A DNA stretch of 64,000 nt from a virus: IMG/VR virus record IMGVR_UViG_3300046028_005277; one strand, written 5' to 3'. Positions 54,816-64,000 of this stretch are shown here, one piece after another (position 1 is the first letter of the stretch; every line of letters begins with the position of its first letter). A program made the translations under genes and the position numbers. The notes beneath the pieces were generated by a model. The model saw only the letters and a program-made list of their open reading frames with translations. It was not told the DNA's origin and did no database searches.

Positions 54816-56405
54816 ATGGCACAAGAAACATCGGGAACTATATCCAAAACCATTCTCAAAAATGAGATGCTCCCAATGCTCCTTAACGAGCAGAAGAGGG
54901 CTGATAGGGCATATGCTTATGACCAGCAAGCGAAGAGGAGGGCTGCTGAATTAGCGGCCAAGCAGGCGGCTGAAGATGCTAAGTTTAAGCCAGAGATTGG
55001 CTCTACGGAAGGAGGGTTGTTTATGCCTCAATTGCAGGAATTAAATAAAGCTGATATTGACAAAACTGTTGCAATATTTTCAGACCCAAAGTCCCCTCTT
55101 CAAATGAAGTATCAAGCAAAGACGGACTTAGATAGAACAATAAATGAGAAAAACTCTTGGCAGAAATACACCGAAGGTAATATAAAGAATCAATTGCCTG
55201 AGTTGCAGAAATACTATAATGTAAGCGAAGCGGATATTCCCACTTATTCTCAAAAGTATAAAGCAGACCCGTCTTTGTTTACCGTTAATCACGCATCAGA
55301 GTTTAGTAAATCAATAAAGCAAGACCCAAACAGGGTGAAGTGGAGAGAAATAGGAACTAATTTGTTTAAGACAATTGGTTCTGATAAATACTCTTTTACA
55401 AATAGTCTTGGTCAACAGGAGGTTATTGAGGGTAGTAATTTGTTTATTCCTGAAGAAACTACAAATCCTGTTACTGGGAAAAACATTACTTCAAGAAGAA
55501 TCAATGGTCAAATAGCTTCTGAGGTAGTAATGGGTAACCCCGAAGTGTCGGCAATAGTTACAAACTACACCGATTTAAGAGTTCCTGAGTTGGTTAAAGA
55601 CCCAGCTACTGTACAAGCAGCAACGGCTAAGGGAGTTGAATTAAAAGATTATGCTTCCGATGTTGCTACATCAGAAGCTATGAATAGGTTGTTTGCCAAT
55701 ATGGGTGGAGTGAATTACACTCAAAATGTTCAGACAGAAGAGGCTAAAGCAGCAGCAAAAGCTTCTGGTGAGAAGCAGGCTCAATTTACTTCAGGGAATG
55801 CTCCATCAACATCTATTGTTTATGCGGGCAGAAGTGAGCCTAAACCTGGGCTTCCTAAAGGGCAAGTTCTTTACGATGAAATTTCTTGGGGTAATGTTCC
55901 TACATTTTCATTTCCTAAAACATCTATTCCAGGGGGTGGTAATAAAAAGGTTTATCCTCTATCTAACCCACAAGAATTTTTATCAATACTTAAACAGGGT
56001 CCTGGGGGTGAAGGTACATATGTTCTTAAACAAGGGTTTGATATTAATAGCGCACAACTAGTTACAGCGTATGAGGCTAAGGAAGATATCCCATTAACAT
56101 CTGGAGGAGTTAAAAAGAAAGGAACTCTTCTTAGCCCTGACTTTATTAAGACACTATCTCCCGCCCAGCAAGAAAAATTTGTTAGGGACTTTGAAGCATA
56201 CAAGGTAACCCCTGAAGTAAAAACATATAAGTACGACCCAGATAGCGAAACATCTGATTACACATCTGCTGTAATTAAGCCTTTGGAAGTGCTTATACCT
56301 AAAGATTACGCAGGAGAATTAACTATTGCTATTGGCAATAAAAACCAAGCAGGCAATATTAACAAGCCCAGAAAACCAAGGATTTCAAATTATAAGAAAA
56401 AATAA
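54816..56405 (+). CDS. Cargo/ejection protein
   Basis: 529 aa, Q/A/K-rich N-terminus, follows the ring genes. Confidence 0.5.
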   Translation: MAQETSGTISKTILKNEMLPMLLNEQKRADRAYAYDQQAKRRAAELAAKQAAEDAKFKPEIGSTEGGLFMPQLQELNKADIDKTVAIFSDPKSPLQMKYQAKTDLDRTINEKNSWQKYTEGNIKNQLPELQKYYNVSEADIPTYSQKYKADPSLFTVNHASEFSKSIKQDPNRVKWREIGTNLFKTIGSDKYSFTNSLGQQEVIEGSNLFIPEETTNPVTGKNITSRRINGQIASEVVMGNPEVSAIVTNYTDLRVPELVKDPATVQAATAKGVELKDYASDVATSEAMNRLFANMGGVNYTQNVQTEEAKAAAKASGEKQAQFTSGNAPSTSIVYAGRSEPKPGLPKGQVLYDEISWGNVPTFSFPKTSIPGGGNKKVYPLSNPQEFLSILKQGPGGEGTYVLKQGFDINSAQLVTAYEAKEDIPLTSGGVKKKGTLLSPDFIKTLSPAQQEKFVRDFEAYKVTPEVKTYKYDPDSETSDYTSAVIKPLEVLIPKDYAGELTIAIGNKNQAGNINKPRKPRISNYKKK

Positions 56406-59400
56406 TGGCAGAACCATTGGTAGATGGGCTTGACCCAAGGAAAAAATTATACTCAGCCTTGGTGGGTGGTTCTGATAAAGAACTTGCCAATCAGGTAAAG
56501 CAGTTTTCATATAACAAGTTCAACGGCTTGTTGGACAACAATGACTTTGTTCGGGATTTATTTATGGATATTTCGGAAAGGGGAATTGTTCTTGATCCTA
56601 AAAATCCAAATGCTTCAAAAGACCCTGTTGAGTTTGCAAACGCATTCATTTACAGAGAGCCTGTTGCCAAGCCTCAACCACAAGTACAGGCGGCTCCTGC
56701 TATGCAAGTAGCCGCCCCTATGGAGGAAGAGGAAACATACACACCTCCTCCAGACCCGTTGATAGGCTCTTCTAAATACAACAATATAGTAAGAGAATTA
56801 AATCCTTTCCCTACTCCTACATTAGGAGAAACATTTGGAGGTGCTCCTGCGGTCTTTGAAACGAGAGAGCAGAGGCGGCAGGAGGAAATGAGTCCTGTCT
56901 TTAAGGCTCATAATTTAGCTTTTGTGGATAATCCTTTTTCCGATAACCCATACAATGCTCCTGTTGCTGAGGAGCAAAGGAAGGCGCAGAGACAATTTGC
57001 TAAAGCGACAAAGCAAGAAAAGGAAGCTGCTTTGAGGGGAGGCACAGGATTTGAATTGCAGCAGAAGCAAGCCAATGAAAAAAGGGAGACTACCAAGTTT
57101 CTGAAGGATTTCGGTTCTTCTATAGGGGCTACTTTTGACAATATGATTAATAAGGTCAAAGCCGCTGAGGCGATGTTTGGTGCTAAACAAAGAAGCCTAT
57201 TAACATTTGGAGAGAAAGGTAAGAAAGCAGAGGAGCAAGAGAAGAAAATCAAGCAACAAGTTTTAGGCTATCTTGACCAAGTAGACCAAGACTTTGCTGC
57301 AAAACAAGCGGAGTACAACATCGAAGGCAATATTTTTGATGTGATAAGTAAAGGGCAACTAGATAGACTTCCTGAAGCCTTTGCTTACAATTTGGCTCAA
57401 ATAGGAATCAATGCTCTTGGCGCAGGAACAACAGGAGGTTATTCCACTTTCGCTCAAGTAGTCCCGGATATGTATAAAGCTGGGGTGGAGGAGATAGCAA
57501 GAAAGACTAATACAACTCCTGAAGAAGTTATTGCAAGCGGAAAGGACAAAGAGATTATTACTTATACCGCAGGTGTTGTAAGCGGAGGAATTGATTACTA
57601 TTCAAGTGGACTCCTTGGTAAAGCCATGAAGTCTAAAGGGGCATACAAGTACCTTCGTGATTTGGCTCTTGATAAAATAGGCAAGACCAAGTGGAAGCAA
57701 GCTGCTGCCTCTGCCGCTGCTCTTGGAGGTGTAGCAAATATTGAGGGGCTAACAGAAGGAGCGCAAGGATTAATAGAAGTAGCTGCTCCACAAATTGCAT
57801 CAGCCGAATCATTCAAGGAGGCAAGGGAGAATATTTATGGCGAACTACAGAAGCCGAGTACACAGAGAAGACTTGCAAGCGATATTGTTGGTGGTGCTGC
57901 TGGCGGTGGTGGATTAGTCGCATTAGGTCGTGGGGCCGAAAGAGTTCTTCAAGGCGATTTCACTTATGGCGATGTCCGTAAATCCCCTGCTTCTCAAAGA
58001 GCCGATATGGATATTGTTCAAACGGACAATAAAATCCAGGAGCGCAATAAAATTGCTCAGGCAATGGAGGAAGCCGTTAAGGGCAACCCCGAAGCGGAAG
58101 GGCAAATTAGGGAGCAGTATCAGAAACGAGTGAATGAGGCTGCCCCTACAGATGATGAAGTATTAGCTGCTTATGAAGGGCTTGCTCTTCTTCCTGAAAC
58201 GGAGGAGAAGAATACTATTCGTGAGAACCTTGAAGCCTATATGGCTGAGAAAGGCATTCAGCCAGAAGCCGCAGGAATGGATGCAGGACTTGGAGAGGGA
58301 ATGCGTGTAACAGCCCCTTCTGAAGAAACAATGCCTCCTGCCCCACCCGTTGAACCCGTTGCTCCTGAAGTAACGCCTGAATCAATTGCCCCTGCTGAAG
58401 AGGTGGTTCAAGAAGATGAAGACCTTGCCTCATTGGGGCAAGCAATTTCAGGGCTTGAGCAAACTCCTACAACAGGAATGTTTGAAGGGATTGAAGGCCC
58501 AACACAAGAAGCAGCTCCTGTTGCTCCTGTGGAGGAGGTAGTTCCTGAAGTAACTCCTGAAGTAGTTCCTGAAGTAGTTCCTGCTCCGAAGGGCAAAAAG
58601 AAAGCCGCTCCCGTAACACCTGCCGCTCCGAATGTTGAAGAGCCTCTTGTTGTGCAAAAAACTAAAAGAGAGGACTTTCCTGATTACCAGCCAACTACAA
58701 GAACGCCAATAACTCAAAAACTATTAGACTTTTTTGCAGAGGTAAATAGTATTCCAAAGTTTACAGAAGATTTAAACAAAGGCACTTATATAAAATGGCT
58801 ACAAAATGAAAACAATTTAGGAGCAGAAGTAGCAACATTACTTAATGCCCCAAAAAAAGCTTTTGATGCCATTGTTAAGTATCAAGCAGATAAAATGGCT
58901 TTTGAGAAATCAAAGCCCACTCCCGTAACACCTCCCGCTCCGAAAGTGGAGAAACCTAAGCCTAAGAAGGAGGAAACTCCTAAACCTCAAGCCAAAGCAG
59001 AATCCAAGCCTACAAAGGATAGGATTTTTAATGAGGAAGAATTTGTTAGGGATATTGATAGATTAGAAAAAGAAAAAGCAGAAGGCAGTAAAAATATAGG
59101 ATTATACTCTTTTAAGGACAAGTTCGTAAAAGTAGTAAAGAGCGCAAGAAAAATGTCTAAAAAGGCTTTGGCCGAATTGAGGGATAGGGTTAGCGGGATG
59201 GATAATGTATTTTCTGCCCAAGAAATAATTGATTTGCCAAACGGAAGTCAAGCCATTGTAATGGACAAGGCAACGGGCAAGATTGGCAATGAATTAACCG
59301 AAGACGAAATCAATAACATACCTCAAAAACATTGGAATAAATTTGAACAAACGATACGAGAGTTATCTAAACGAGGTATTCAAACAGATTTAACCAAGCG

Positions 59401-60430
59401 CAGTAATGTTCTTTATGATAATAATAAAGGCTTTCAATTTATTGATTTAGAAGGAGCATCTATTGAGGGCGATGCAACGAATAAATTTTTTAAAAAAGAT
59501 GGTAAAGAGTATTACTATAGCTTTGAAAAATATCCATTTTTTCCTAAAGAGTATAAATCGGCAAAAGAAATATTTACAAGTATTAAATCTGCTGAGGCTA
59601 AAGCCGCCCCTGTAAAGCCTACCCCTGCCGCTCCTAAAAAGGAGGAAGCCCCAAAGCCTCAGCCTAAGAAAGAGGAACCTAAAAAGGAGAAACCTAAAGA
59701 AAAGAAATATCCTATTGAGGATAAAGGCAAGTGGTACGCTGATGAGGACTATGAAAAAAGAGGAGGCGAACTCATTACAATGACTCCTGATGAATTTCTT
59801 GCTCAATCAAAACCACTTGAGATTGACGAGGAGGCGAGGGATAACATTAATACCCTTAAAGAACAAATTCAAAACGGAGGTAAGTTAGATCCATTGGCAA
59901 TCTATTCTGCCGACAAAACAAAGTCATTAAGTACGGATGGAAGGCATAGGGCAATTGCTGCAAAAGAATTAGGGATAAAAGAAGTTCCCGTATTGAATTT
60001 TGTCAAAGCAGAAGCCAAGCCTACAACAGGAACACCACAAGAAGGAGATGCCGTAGAAATAGCCCCTCAAAGAGAGGGAGGTTCTCCTAGAAAGATGGTG
60101 TTTAAGGATGGGGAATGGAAGCAGAATGTCGGAGGGGATATTGTTAAAGTGGGGCCTTCTGTTCAGGGGCAAGCCCAAGAAATGTTTGCCGGAAAGACGG
60201 AGACAAAGGCAGAGCCTGCCGAAACAACCGCCCAAGCCGAGTTTACCTCCAAGCAAGAATCTTCTGCTTCCACAGAATTTGACAGCACAAAGAAGCCATC
60301 AAAAATCAAGACAAAGTCTTTTGACGGCAAGCACGGCAAAGGAGCGTTTGAAAGGATGAAGAATATCACAGATAACTTTGAAGACATAATGGACGGCCTG
60401 TCCGGGAAAATAAAACAAGATTGTCTATAA
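56405..60430 (+). CDS. Polyvalent cargo protein with kinase-like and ParB/Srx-like domains
   Basis: G/A-rich TM-like ejection core; P/E/K linkers; IQTDLTKRSNVLYD...FQFIDL; LDPL.I...DGRHRAIAAKELG..EVPV. Confidence 0.65.
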   Translation: MAEPLVDGLDPRKKLYSALVGGSDKELANQVKQFSYNKFNGLLDNNDFVRDLFMDISERGIVLDPKNPNASKDPVEFANAFIYREPVAKPQPQVQAAPAMQVAAPMEEEETYTPPPDPLIGSSKYNNIVRELNPFPTPTLGETFGGAPAVFETREQRRQEEMSPVFKAHNLAFVDNPFSDNPYNAPVAEEQRKAQRQFAKATKQEKEAALRGGTGFELQQKQANEKRETTKFLKDFGSSIGATFDNMINKVKAAEAMFGAKQRSLLTFGEKGKKAEEQEKKIKQQVLGYLDQVDQDFAAKQAEYNIEGNIFDVISKGQLDRLPEAFAYNLAQIGINALGAGTTGGYSTFAQVVPDMYKAGVEEIARKTNTTPEEVIASGKDKEIITYTAGVVSGGIDYYSSGLLGKAMKSKGAYKYLRDLALDKIGKTKWKQAAASAAALGGVANIEGLTEGAQGLIEVAAPQIASAESFKEARENIYGELQKPSTQRRLASDIVGGAAGGGGLVALGRGAERVLQGDFTYGDVRKSPASQRADMDIVQTDNKIQERNKIAQAMEEAVKGNPEAEGQIREQYQKRVNEAAPTDDEVLAAYEGLALLPETEEKNTIRENLEAYMAEKGIQPEAAGMDAGLGEGMRVTAPSEETMPPAPPVEPVAPEVTPESIAPAEEVVQEDEDLASLGQAISGLEQTPTTGMFEGIEGPTQEAAPVAPVEEVVPEVTPEVVPEVVPAPKGKKKAAPVTPAAPNVEEPLVVQKTKREDFPDYQPTTRTPITQKLLDFFAEVNSIPKFTEDLNKGTYIKWLQNENNLGAEVATLLNAPKKAFDAIVKYQADKMAFEKSKPTPVTPPAPKVEKPKPKKEETPKPQAKAESKPTKDRIFNEEEFVRDIDRLEKEKAEGSKNIGLYSFKDKFVKVVKSARKMSKKALAELRDRVSGMDNVFSAQEIIDLPNGSQAIVMDKATGKIGNELTEDEINNIPQKHWNKFEQTIRELSKRGIQTDLTKRSNVLYDNNKGFQFIDLEGASIEGDATNKFFKKDGKEYYYSFEKYPFFPKEYKSAKEIFTSIKSAEAKAAPVKPTPAAPKKEEAPKPQPKKEEPKKEKPKEKKYPIEDKGKWYADEDYEKRGGELITMTPDEFLAQSKPLEIDEEARDNINTLKEQIQNGGKLDPLAIYSADKTKSLSTDGRHRAIAAKELGIKEVPVLNFVKAEAKPTTGTPQEGDAVEIAPQREGGSPRKMVFKDGEWKQNVGGDIVKVGPSVQGQAQEMFAGKTETKAEPAETTAQAEFTSKQESSASTEFDSTKKPSKIKTKSFDGKHGKGAFERMKNITDNFEDIMDGLSGKIKQDCL

Positions 60431-60431
60431 C

Positions 60432-60923
60432 ATGAAAGAATCACTATTAAAAGCCAGCGACAAGAAGCTGCTTAACGAAGCCGTAGGACACGAACTCTAC
60501 GCTTCCAACTTTTACAAGTATGCCGCCTCCTGCTGTCAGAAGTATGGCCTATTCGGAGCGCAGAAGTTCTTCGAGAAAGAATCTGCTGATGAACTCACAC
60601 ACTATTACAAGCTGCGTGATTTCTTCAACGACAGAGGGGATGAGGCTGATATGCCTCAAGTGGATGAGGTGGACTTCAAGGAAGGCATTGACTTGATGGG
60701 AATCCTTGACGCTGCTTACAATCTTGAAAAGGACTTGGGAGAGTTCTACAATGACTTCTATTTCTCCACAAAAGACGCTACAGTGCAAGTGGAACTTCAC
60801 GATTTTGTGGGATTCCAAACTAAGGCGGTGGGGGAATACGGAGACCTCATTGCGAGGCTTTCTCTTGTTAGTGAATGTCCTGGAGGACTTCTTATCTTTG
60901 ACCAAGAATTAGGTAATAAATAG
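60432..60923 (+). CDS. Ferritin-like protein (FtnA type)
   Basis: NEAVGHELYASNFY, FFEKESADELTH, AYNLEK, FQ...EY four-helix pattern. Confidence 0.85.
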   Translation: MKESLLKASDKKLLNEAVGHELYASNFYKYAASCCQKYGLFGAQKFFEKESADELTHYYKLRDFFNDRGDEADMPQVDEVDFKEGIDLMGILDAAYNLEKDLGEFYNDFYFSTKDATVQVELHDFVGFQTKAVGEYGDLIARLSLVSECPGGLLIFDQELGNK

Positions 60924-60925
60924 AA

Positions 60926-63900
60926 ATGGCTAAACTTCCTTGCGTTCCTCAGTCCCGGATATTCACTTTTAAGGCAACCGGTGAAACAATGTCTTATGAT
61001 CAGGTGCGCCAGTATCTGATGGAGAACCCCGACATTTGGATAAAGGGGGCAAAGGAGGGCAAGGAAGTGGCTATGCCGAAGGCAGAGAAGCCTACAGCAA
61101 TGCCAAGCAACACGAATGCAGACATAGCCAACAGAATACGCAACAAGAAGCAAAGGGGAGCTTTATCAGCTATTGACTTTGGAATATCCGTCACCATTTA
61201 CAATGGGGCGTTGGATTTTATGGCATCACAAGTGGACAAAGGAACAAAACTTGGGAATGCCATTGCCAACACGATAAAGTGGATAGATGAGAAAATGGCA
61301 GGCGCAAAGTGGAACAAAGGGGCGTTTGGTAAGTACATGAACGACACTTATTCCGTTACGCTTCCAAATGGTCGTGAAATAGAAGTGGTGAGGGATGATA
61401 GCAAGGAAACTGCTGAAGTTATTAACGGATGGTATTCCGACCTTGAGCAGAAAATCCTTGATAGCAAGGAGGAAAGACTTCCTGCCGCCACATGGGCGAA
61501 GCGTTTGAAGAGTAAGGAGGATGAGGACTTATGGACAGGTTTGAGGGACTTTTTGGAAAGAAAGAAGCCAAGCGAGCAAGTGTCTAAGAAGGAACTCCGT
61601 GATTGGATGAAGGACAATCGTGTGGAGATTTCTGAGGTAATAAAAACCGACAAAACTACAAAAGAACAATACAGAGAGGATGCAATTGAAAGAGGTAAGG
61701 CAGTTGGATTGGAGGTTGAGTTTGGTGATGAAAATGAAATACGAATATCAGTACCATCGCAGGGGTCTATACAAGATTTTCAAGTAGACACAAAAACAAA
61801 CAGAGGATATACCGCAGAAAATTACGAAGTAGATGTTTCAGTATTAGAAGTTGCCAATGATTTGTTTAATGAAAACAGATCAAAAATATATGGGGATAGT
61901 AACCAAGAGCAAGTGTTTAACACTAAATTCTCCAAATACCAACTTGAAGGCGATAAGGAAAACTACAAGGAGTTATTAGTGACATTGCCAAGTAAAAACA
62001 ATCTTGACATTATATCTAATGAAATATATCAAAAGCAATACTCTCAATTAAACCCAGAAGAAAGAGTTGCGGTAAAAAGAAAAGCAAGAGAAAGAGGGGA
62101 AACTGTTGATGAATCTAATTTATTTAAATCCTCTCATTATGATGAACCAAACATCCTTGTTCACCTTCGGATGAACACCCGCACGGATGCCAATGGCAAC
62201 AAGGTGTTGTTCTTGGAGGAAGTGCAGAGCGATTGGGGGCAGAAAGGGAAGAAGGAAGGGTTTGGATTAACGGAACAAGAAATTACAAGATTAAGAGAAC
62301 TTGGATATGAATATAAAGATGGTAAAGTAGGCATGATGTTTGGCGATGATTTTATCCCAAGAAATCATAATGATTTAGTTGGAGAAGCAGCTAAAATAGC
62401 AAGAAAAGCACAAGTTGGCGTTCCCACCGCTCCATTCGTAATGGACACAAACGCTTGGACGAAACTTGGCTTGAAGATGGCATTGAAAGAAGCCGTTAAG
62501 CAAGGGGCTGATAAGATAGCGTGGACAACAGGAGAGCAACAGAACGATAGGTATGATTTGAGTAAGCAGGTTAAGTTTATAGACTATTCAAAAAACAATG
62601 ATGGCACTTATAATATAGGTTCTGATGTTGAAGGTACTTCGTACAATGATATATCCATTTCTCGTATTGAAGAGATATTTGGAAAAGAAATAGCTGAAAA
62701 AGTACAATCAGAAACGGGAGTAAAATCTCCAATTAATTCTACACAAAAAAGATTAGAAGGACTTGATTTAAAGGTAGGCGGCAAAGGAATGAAAGGCTTC
62801 TACGGAAGTCCTTCCGAAGGCAACTTAGGCATTGTAGGCAATGTAGCCAAGAGCCTATTTAAGCAAGAGCTGGGGACGGTGGAGATTGGTGTAGGAAAGG
62901 AAACGATTAGGAACTGGGAAAGTGCAAAAGGCCAAGGATATAAAGTAATTAGGAAATCAGAATACAAGGGTGCAGATGAATGGACTAAAGAATATGTTGT
63001 TGTTAATAGCGATGGAATTGCTGCATACTCCGACAATACAGAGCAAAGTGCCATCAATGGCTTTTTAAAATATTTTTCTGGCGCAGATTTAGTACAACCA
63101 AAAATCACCACCCAAGCCTCCATAGACATCACTCCCGAAATGCGGGAGAGCGCAGAGAAAGGACTTTCTTTGTTTGGGACAAAACTCTCTCCTGAACAGG
63201 AACTAAAACAAGCCTTTGATAAATGGAAGGCTGAGAATAATAAAGTTGGCATTGTCCCCAATTGGGAGAGACAAGCTAAGGCAGACATTGAATTGTTTAA
63301 AGCCGTTGGGACATACCTTGCAAAGAAATTACAGCAAGGAGCTTATTCCTTTGAGAAGTTTATCGGGGATCTTGGTAAGATTAATATTGAGAAAATTGAT
63401 GAGCAAAGGGTTAAGTGGAAAGGATTCTACGATGAGGCTGTCGCTAAGGGAAAGGCTCAACAGCCTCCTGTAACGCCTCCTCCTGTAACCCCAACAGAAG
63501 AAGGTAAAATAAAAGAGAGGAAAACTATTACTTCTATCAAAGACGCAACAGATATTTCTGATTCCGTCAAGGAGGCTCTTGGAGGCGATAGAACAAAGTA
63601 TGAGGTTCTTCCTAACCAAGTGAGCGTAAAAGAGGCCACTGCTATTTTGGATGCTATTGGAGCAGACAAGGCAAAAGAGATGGTATTGACTAACAGTAAA
63701 GAAATGCCATCTGCTTTCAGAACCACCCTTGCACAAGTATTGATTAAACAATACAACAAGGAAGGTAAGTTCCAGGATGCCGTTGATGTTGCTGAAGGTA
63801 TTGCGGAAATAGCAACAGATTGGGGACAAGGTATCCAAGCCTTGTCAATGTTTGAATACCTCACCCCCGAAGGACAACTATTAGCGGCTCAAAGAGAAAT

Positions 63901-64000
63901 TGATAGACAGAGAAATAAAAGGTTTGTAGCAGATAAAGGTAAAATAGACAAACTCAAAACAGCTTTGAAGAAGGCTGATGATGAGGCCGTTGCTGCTGCC
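60926..64000 (+). CDS. Large polyvalent cargo protein, 3'-truncated (missing from the ORF track)
   Basis: ATG 60926, frame consistent to the window end; SHYDEPNILVHLR...LFLEEVQSDW...KIAWTTGEQQNDRY...GGKGMKGFYG blocks recurrent in large podoviral virion proteins. Confidence 0.8.
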   Translation, partial: MAKLPCVPQSRIFTFKATGETMSYDQVRQYLMENPDIWIKGAKEGKEVAMPKAEKPTAMPSNTNADIANRIRNKKQRGALSAIDFGISVTIYNGALDFMASQVDKGTKLGNAIANTIKWIDEKMAGAKWNKGAFGKYMNDTYSVTLPNGREIEVVRDDSKETAEVINGWYSDLEQKILDSKEERLPAATWAKRLKSKEDEDLWTGLRDFLERKKPSEQVSKKELRDWMKDNRVEISEVIKTDKTTKEQYREDAIERGKAVGLEVEFGDENEIRISVPSQGSIQDFQVDTKTNRGYTAENYEVDVSVLEVANDLFNENRSKIYGDSNQEQVFNTKFSKYQLEGDKENYKELLVTLPSKNNLDIISNEIYQKQYSQLNPEERVAVKRKARERGETVDESNLFKSSHYDEPNILVHLRMNTRTDANGNKVLFLEEVQSDWGQKGKKEGFGLTEQEITRLRELGYEYKDGKVGMMFGDDFIPRNHNDLVGEAAKIARKAQVGVPTAPFVMDTNAWTKLGLKMALKEAVKQGADKIAWTTGEQQNDRYDLSKQVKFIDYSKNNDGTYNIGSDVEGTSYNDISISRIEEIFGKEIAEKVQSETGVKSPINSTQKRLEGLDLKVGGKGMKGFYGSPSEGNLGIVGNVAKSLFKQELGTVEIGVGKETIRNWESAKGQGYKVIRKSEYKGADEWTKEYVVVNSDGIAAYSDNTEQSAINGFLKYFSGADLVQPKITTQASIDITPEMRESAEKGLSLFGTKLSPEQELKQAFDKWKAENNKVGIVPNWERQAKADIELFKAVGTYLAKKLQQGAYSFEKFIGDLGKINIEKIDEQRVKWKGFYDEAVAKGKAQQPPVTPPPVTPTEEGKIKERKTITSIKDATDISDSVKEALGGDRTKYEVLPNQVSVKEATAILDAIGADKAKEMVLTNSKEMPSAFRTTLAQVLIKQYNKEGKFQDAVDVAEGIAEIATDWGQGIQALSMFEYLTPEGQLLAAQREIDRQRNKRFVADKGKIDKLKTALKKADDEAVAAA

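Noticed and set aside
58540-58590. 12-nt tandem repeat (PEVT/PEVV)
   Set aside because: Ordinary low-complexity linker expansion.
1-64000. Stop-codon reassignment as in some crAss-like phages
   Set aside because: TAG, TGA and TAA all end genes cleanly (e.g. TAG at 2790-2792 and 5085-5087) and long genes are intact in code 11.

Overview
The window is part of a large dsDNA bacteriophage genome, probably a podovirus, whose host is inferred to be Bacteroidota from several TTTG-N19-21-TAnnTTTG promoters and Bacteroidota-type lipoprotein and signal peptides. It starts and ends inside genes. Order: crAss-like virion module (muzzle/stabilization, portal, scaffold, MCP, tail hub and fibre proteins; 1-18.9 kb); lysis cassette (19.6-22.3 kb); leftward operon (C5 DNA methyltransferase, two LytTR proteins, Gp157, SSB, many small early genes; 22.3-32.2 kb); ~1 kb non-coding divergence region; rightward operon (RepL-like gene, two aberrant tRNA-like elements, metallophosphoesterase, lambda-O-like initiator with iterons, primase-helicase, NinB, HNH, GroES, terminase large subunit; 33.2-49.9 kb); inverted methyltransferase/glycosyltransferase cassette; then ring proteins, polyvalent cargo proteins and a ferritin (52.7-64 kb). 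No DNA or RNA polymerase is visible. Highlights: (1) the 1.9-kb methyltransferase ORF carries two further genes in its +1 frame, an M.EcoHK31I-beta-like subunit and an intact zinc-finger HNH endonuclease with its own embedded promoter, while the host frame stays open; (2) two sequence-divergent but structurally matching RNA leaders (GNRA hairpin, 8-nt loop hairpin, terminator-like stem holding the loop's complement) sit in front of the replication operon. All assignments come from motif recognition by eye; no database search was run.
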